This document shows positions 59,178-64,000 of a DNA stretch of 64,000 bases, piece after piece. Both the position numbers and the translations under genes were made by a program. The number at the start of each line of letters is the position of its first letter. Positions within the stretch are counted from its first letter, which is position 1. The stretch is taken from the NCBI GenBank assembly GCA_038324335.1, contig JBBQHW010000001.1:24887-88886 (forward strand). The letters are read 5' to 3'. The notes under the pieces were generated by a model, which searched no databases, had not been told where the DNA came from, and saw nothing but the letters and a program-made list of their open reading frames with translations. This stretch comes from Holophagales bacterium. Lineage in GTDB: Bacteria > Acidobacteriota > Holophagae > Holophagales > Holophagaceae.

Positions 59178-60071
59178 TTGAGCGCAGCCGCCATGGCCCT
59201 TCCCAAACCCAGCCCCCTCTCCACCTTCCTGGAGCTGACCAAGCTCCGGATTTCGGGAGCCTCCACCTTCACGGCGGCGGCGGGCTACGTGGCTTTTCTG
59301 CGGGGCGCCAATGCCGGCCTGGTCACCACCCTGGTGGGCATCCTCCTGCTGGCCATGGGCAGCAGCGCCCTCAACGAAGTGCAGGAGCACAAGCTCGACG
59401 CCCTCATGCCCCGCACCGCCAATCGGCCCATCCCGCGGGGGGATCTCTCCCCCGCCACGGCCGCCGTCATCGCCGTGGCCATGGCCGTCGCGGGCTTCCT
59501 GATCCTGCTCCTGGCCCACAACCTCACCTCGGCCCTGCTGGGGGCCCTGGCGCTGGCCTGGTACAACGGCTTCTACACGCCCCTGAAACGCGTCAGCGCC
59601 TTCGCGGTGGTGCCGGGTTCGCTCATCGGCGCCCTGCCCCCGGCCATCGGCTGGACCGCCGCCGGCGGGCACCTGACCGACCCTTCCGTACTCGCCCTGG
59701 CCTTCGTGTTCTTCATCTGGCAGGTGCCCCATTTCTGGCTGCTGGTGGGTCTCCATGCGGAGGGCTATGAGGCGGCCGGCTACCCCACCCTGGTGGGCCT
59801 TTTCGGCCGGCCCCGACTGTCGCGCCTCACCTTCACGTGGACCTGCGGCACCGCCGCCGCCTGCGGCCTGCTGCCCCTGTTTCGGGTGCTGGGCTCCTGG
59901 CCCGCGGAGCTCATGCTCGGCCTCGGCGCCCTCTGGCTCATCGCCGGCTCCTTGCCCCTGCTGAAGCCCGGCCAGGACGCGGCCCTCTATCGCCGCGTCT
60001 TCATGAACATCAACCTCTTCGCCCTGGTGCTCACGGCGGCGGTGATCCTGGATCCCTTCTTCAGCCGGTAG
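59178..60071 (+). CDS. ctaB: Protoheme IX farnesyltransferase (heme O synthase)
   Basis: ELTK.R, DALMPRTANRPIP.G, YTPLKR, GALPP.IGW, WQVPHF. Confidence 0.93.
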   Translation: MSAAAMALPKPSPLSTFLELTKLRISGASTFTAAAGYVAFLRGANAGLVTTLVGILLLAMGSSALNEVQEHKLDALMPRTANRPIPRGDLSPATAAVIAVAMAVAGFLILLLAHNLTSALLGALALAWYNGFYTPLKRVSAFAVVPGSLIGALPPAIGWTAAGGHLTDPSVLALAFVFFIWQVPHFWLLVGLHAEGYEAAGYPTLVGLFGRPRLSRLTFTWTCGTAAACGLLPLFRVLGSWPAELMLGLGALWLIAGSLPLLKPGQDAALYRRVFMNINLFALVLTAAVILDPFFSR

Positions 60072-60160
60072 CCCTGCCCTGACATCTGAAAGGGCCTCCT
60101 GGGTTAGGATCAACGGAATCCAATCCATCAACAGGCAGCGCCCCCCAAGCAGAGGTGCCC

Positions 60161-60862
60161 ATGTCCGAACTTCCCAACCATGCGGGCCAACGCCACGGCT
60201 TCGCCCTCCATCGGATCGAGGGCTTCAGCGATGCCGTCTTCGCCTTTGCCGTCACGCTGCTGGTCGTCTCGCTGGAGGTGCCCAAATCAGCCCAGGAACT
60301 GTTTCACACCCTCTGGGGCTTCGTGGCCTTCGGGGTCTGTTTCGCCTTCCTGGTCCTCATCTGGTTCGACCATCACACGTTCTTCAAGCGCTATCCGCTC
60401 ACGGACACGACCACGGTGATCCTCAACATGGCCCTGCTATTCGTCGTGCTGCTCTACGTCTATCCCATGAAGTTCCTCTTCACCCTGCTGGTCAATGGCC
60501 TGCTCCTGGGCCAGGCCGTGGAGGCTGTCAAAACGGTGGCCGAGATCAAGACGCTGATGGTGATCTACGGGCTGGGTTTCCTCACCGTCAATCTGGTGCT
60601 ATTCCTGATGCATCTCCACGCCTGGCGCCTGCGGGAGCAGCTGCGCCTGGACCAGGCGGACCGCTCGGAATTGAGGGGCACGCTGCGGCGCTTCCTCATC
60701 AACGTGGGTGTGGCCCTTCTCTCCATTGTCATCGCCCGGTTCACCTCGGATACGGGGCTTCTGGCGGGATGGACCTACATGCTGCTGGCCCCTGCCCAGA
60801 CCATCAATGGCGTCATGACACGACGAAGGGCCCAGAAGACCGCGCTGGCCGAGGTCATCTGA
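60161..60862 (+). CDS. TMEM175 family (DUF1211) putative K+ channel
   Basis: RIEGFSDAVFAFAVTLLV signature, W..HH..F. Confidence 0.88.
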   Translation: MSELPNHAGQRHGFALHRIEGFSDAVFAFAVTLLVVSLEVPKSAQELFHTLWGFVAFGVCFAFLVLIWFDHHTFFKRYPLTDTTTVILNMALLFVVLLYVYPMKFLFTLLVNGLLLGQAVEAVKTVAEIKTLMVIYGLGFLTVNLVLFLMHLHAWRLREQLRLDQADRSELRGTLRRFLINVGVALLSIVIARFTSDTGLLAGWTYMLLAPAQTINGVMTRRRAQKTALAEVI

Positions 60863-60893
60863 AGCAGCCCCGAGCCGGCCCTTCGGTGCGCTC

Positions 60894-60916
60894 TCCCCGT
60901 CAGCATCACGGGGTTT
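60894..60916 (+). terminator. Possible intrinsic terminator
   Basis: CCCCGT-7nt-ACGGGG followed by a short T run downstream of TMEM175. Confidence 0.35.
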
Positions 60917-61051
60917 CAATGGCGGCCGTCAACCCCGGACCCTTCGCGTGGGTCACTGGCATAGTGGGAAGTGGCAGGACCGGGGTACGCTACCAGCCAG
61001 GCTTCCAGGAAGACAGTCGCCCCAACACCTTGCAGGTCCTTGGAAACAGCC

Positions 61052-64000
61052 ATGGCTTCTCCCGATCCGCACGAGAAGCAACCACCTGGGGCGGCCCTGC
61101 TGGAGCCCCGGGAACGCGAACTCCTGCTGGGCTCCTTCTCCGGTCCTCCCCACGATCCCGACCTCACGCGGGGGGAGACCCTGGCCCAACTCTTCGCCGA
61201 GACTGCGCTTCGCCATGCCAGCCGACCGGCCGTCGAGGAGGCTGGCCATGGCTACACCTACGCGGACCTGGACGAGCGGGCCGCCCGCATCGCCCGCCTG
61301 CTGCGTTCGCGCGGCCTGGGGCGCGGGTCCCTGGTGGGCCACTGGCTGCCCCGGGGCCTGAACGCCTATGCAGCCCTGCTGGGCATCCTGAAGGCCGGCG
61401 CGGCCTACGTGCCGCTGGACCCCGACCTTCCCCCTGCCCGGGTGCGTCAGGTGGCCACCGAATGCGGCATGGACCTGCTGCTGGCGCTTGACTCCGCGGG
61501 CCTGGAGTTCCACAGCGTCTGTCCAATCCTGGATCCATCGGATCCGGCTGGTGACCGGACGCCAATCGCGAATCCGCTTCCCACGGAAGACTGTGGCCCG
61601 GACGACCTCGCCTACGTCATCTTCACGTCGGGTTCCACGGGTACTCCCAAGGGCGTGCCCATCACCCACCGCTCCGCCTGCACTTTCGTCAGGGCGGAGC
61701 AGCGGCTCTTCGGCCTGGGACCCGAAGACCGGGTCTTCCAGGGCTTCTCCCTGGCCTTCGATGCCTCCGTGGAAGAGTTGTGGCTGGCCTGGGCCAGTGG
61801 CGCATGCCTGGTGGCAGGCACGAAGACGCTGATGCAAGCGGGCCCGGATCTGGCCAGGCGCCTGGGCGAAGCCGGGGTCACCGTGTGGTCCACGGTACCC
61901 ACCCTGCTGGGCATCCAGAGTGATCCGGTTCCCACCCTGCGGCTGCACATCCTCGGCGGCGAGGCCTGCCCCGCGGATCTGGTGGCCCGCTGGTGGCGAC
62001 CAGACCTCCGGCTGGTGAACACCTACGGCCCCACCGAAGCCACGGTCATCGCCACCTGGACCGACCTGCTGCCGGGCCGGCCCGTCACCATCGGCAAGGC
62101 CGTGCCCAACGCCCGGGTTTACGTCCTGGACGAGCAGGGGCGCCTTTGTCCCATCGGCGTCCCGGGCGAACTGCACCTCTCGGGCGCGGGGCTGTCACCG
62201 GGCTACCTGGGTCGGCCGGACCTCACGGCCGAGCGCTTCATCCCGAATCCCTTCGCGGATGGACCCTTCACGCAGCGTCTCTACCGCACCGGGGACCGCG
62301 TCCGTTTCAACGACAACGGAGATTTGGAATTCCTGGGGCGCCTCAACTCCCAGGTGAAGCTGCGGGGCTTCCGCATCGAGCTCGAGGAAGTGGAAGCCTC
62401 CCTGCGCCTGGATCCTTCGGTACTGGCCGCCGCGGTGACCCTGTGGCAGGAGGAGGGCCTGGAGCGCCTGGTGGCCTACGTGGTCCCCCGCCCAGGCTCT
62501 GCCGTGGACGAGGCAGGTCTGCTGCAGAGTCTGCGGGAGCGCCTGCCCAGCTACATGGTCCCCAGCGCCATCGACAGCCTGGAGAGCCTGCCCACCCTGG
62601 TTAGCGGCAAGCTGGACCGGAAGCGGCTGCCGGCGCCCCGGCAACGGGACTCACCCGCGCCTTCCCTCGAAGGCCTGACGGTCCGCCAGCAACGGCTGCT
62701 GGAGCACTGGACGCAGCTGTTCCAGGGGCGCGTGCCGGGCCTCGACGAGGATTTCTTCAAGGACCTCGGCGGCCACTCCCTCCTGGCGGCCGCCATGGTG
62801 TCGGTGCTCCGGAAGGAACCATCCTTCGAGGGCCTCGCAGTACCGGATGTCTACGCCTTCCCCAGCCTACGGGCCCTCGCGGCCGAATTCGATGCCCGGG
62901 CCGTGCACCCGTCCCGCGCGGCCAAGGCGGCCCCGGAAGCGTCGCACCCGGTGGCGCCCTGGCGGCACCGCCTCTGCGCGGCGGCCCAGGTGCTGGCCCT
63001 CTACCCGCTGCTGGGCTTCTATGCCCTGCAGTGGCTCAGCCCCTACCTGGTGTACAGCTGGAGCCAGGATCACGATTATTCCCGTCTGGTCGGCATCACC
63101 GCCGCCCTCGCGTCGCTGGCCCTCATCTATCCCGCCATGTATGCGCTGTCCATCGCCGCCAAGTGGCTCCTGCTGGGCCGCATTCGGCCAGGCCGTCACC
63201 GGCTGTGGGGCTTCTACTACTGGCGCTGGTGGCTCACCCAGCGGATCATCGCCGCCACGCCCCTGGACTACCTCGTGGAGTCGCCCTGGCTGCCGCTGTA
63301 CTTCCGTCTCATGGGCGCCCGTATCGGCCGCAACGTGCACCTGGGCACCACCTCCCTCGCGGCCTTCGACCTGGTGCGAATCGACGACGATGCCAGCATC
63401 GGCCAGGACGCGCGTCTCAGCGGCTTCACCCTGGAAGCTGGTCTGCTGGAGATCGGCCCTGTCCACATTGGGCGCCGCTGCTATGTGGGGAACCGCGCCA
63501 TCCTTGCTCCTGGCACGCGCATGGAGGACGGGGCGCTGCTGGAGGATCTGAGCCTGCTCCCGACGGGAGGCCGCATCGCCGCCGGCCAGCGCTGGACCGG
63601 TTCGCCCGCGCGGCCTCTGCCGCCCACGGCCGACGACCGACAGCGCAGCTCCGCGGAACTGCCCTCGCCGTCGCCGGTCCGGCGCTTCCTGTTTGCCGCA
63701 TTCCAGGCCCTGGGAGCCTTCATGATCCCCATCGCCTTTCTGGCGGCGATCTTCCCGGGCCTGATCCTCATCAACGAGCTCTATGCCAATTCCAACGGCT
63801 ACTTCGCCTACCTGATCGTGGCGCCGCTGGTGGCCGTCTCCTTCGTGGTGCTGCTGGCCCTGGAGATCGCCGCGGCGAAATGGCTGCTGCTGGGCCGGGT
63901 GCGCCCGGGGGCTTACGATTTGCACAGCGGTTTCATCCTGCGGAAGTGGTATGTGGACCGGCTCATGGGCGTGGGACTGGACCTGCTGGCGCCGCTCTAC
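61052..64000 (+). CDS. Pls/PosA-like membrane-bound single-module NRPS (A-T-TM/beta-helix), 3' truncated by window edge
   Basis: Manual translation from ATG 61052: LKAGAAYVPLDP, YVIFTSGSTGTPKG, FDASVEE, NTYGPTE, YRTGD, QVKLRGFRIEL, SGKLDR, T domain FFKDLGGHSL, then TMs and LMGARIGRNVHLG. Confidence 0.9.
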   Translation, partial: MASPDPHEKQPPGAALLEPRERELLLGSFSGPPHDPDLTRGETLAQLFAETALRHASRPAVEEAGHGYTYADLDERAARIARLLRSRGLGRGSLVGHWLPRGLNAYAALLGILKAGAAYVPLDPDLPPARVRQVATECGMDLLLALDSAGLEFHSVCPILDPSDPAGDRTPIANPLPTEDCGPDDLAYVIFTSGSTGTPKGVPITHRSACTFVRAEQRLFGLGPEDRVFQGFSLAFDASVEELWLAWASGACLVAGTKTLMQAGPDLARRLGEAGVTVWSTVPTLLGIQSDPVPTLRLHILGGEACPADLVARWWRPDLRLVNTYGPTEATVIATWTDLLPGRPVTIGKAVPNARVYVLDEQGRLCPIGVPGELHLSGAGLSPGYLGRPDLTAERFIPNPFADGPFTQRLYRTGDRVRFNDNGDLEFLGRLNSQVKLRGFRIELEEVEASLRLDPSVLAAAVTLWQEEGLERLVAYVVPRPGSAVDEAGLLQSLRERLPSYMVPSAIDSLESLPTLVSGKLDRKRLPAPRQRDSPAPSLEGLTVRQQRLLEHWTQLFQGRVPGLDEDFFKDLGGHSLLAAAMVSVLRKEPSFEGLAVPDVYAFPSLRALAAEFDARAVHPSRAAKAAPEASHPVAPWRHRLCAAAQVLALYPLLGFYALQWLSPYLVYSWSQDHDYSRLVGITAALASLALIYPAMYALSIAAKWLLLGRIRPGRHRLWGFYYWRWWLTQRIIAATPLDYLVESPWLPLYFRLMGARIGRNVHLGTTSLAAFDLVRIDDDASIGQDARLSGFTLEAGLLEIGPVHIGRRCYVGNRAILAPGTRMEDGALLEDLSLLPTGGRIAAGQRWTGSPARPLPPTADDRQRSSAELPSPSPVRRFLFAAFQALGAFMIPIAFLAAIFPGLILINELYANSNGYFAYLIVAPLVAVSFVVLLALEIAAAKWLLLGRVRPGAYDLHSGFILRKWYVDRLMGVGLDLLAPLY

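Overview
High-GC bacterial chromosomal window, mostly housekeeping genes; gene content is compatible with a Holophagae/Geothrix-like acidobacterium, but that is inference only. In order: the 3' end of hppD; a heme-c/HAMP membrane protein coupled to a Ser/Thr kinase; an orphan pseudopilin; a YXWGXW/Pro-rich exported protein; hflX; a PilZ-receiver protein; lolE/lolD; an MNT-HEPN pair fused in front of ruvX; a GMC oxidoreductase; a small low-GC islet; murB-ftsQ-ftsA-ftsZ running into a glycogen cluster (large debranching enzyme, glgB, glgP; convergent glgC-glgA-pgi-like behind clpS-clpA-aat); an OPT transporter with a stand-alone PqqD/RRE protein and a peptidase; patatin-trmH-lnt-GNAT-maf; a ~13.5 kb alternative complex III plus A2-type heme-copper oxidase operon; TMEM175; and a Pls-like membrane NRPS running off the right edge, which is missing from the ORF track. 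Non-coding highlights are a ~160-nt rod-like structured RNA candidate (11551-11706), two families of repeat-built intergenic palindromes, a CRP/FNR-like box upstream of the respiratory operon, and an in-frame TAG interrupting an ACIII-associated cytochrome c gene. No rRNA, tRNA, CRISPR array, transposase or integrase was recognised. All calls come from manual motif reading; no database searches were run.
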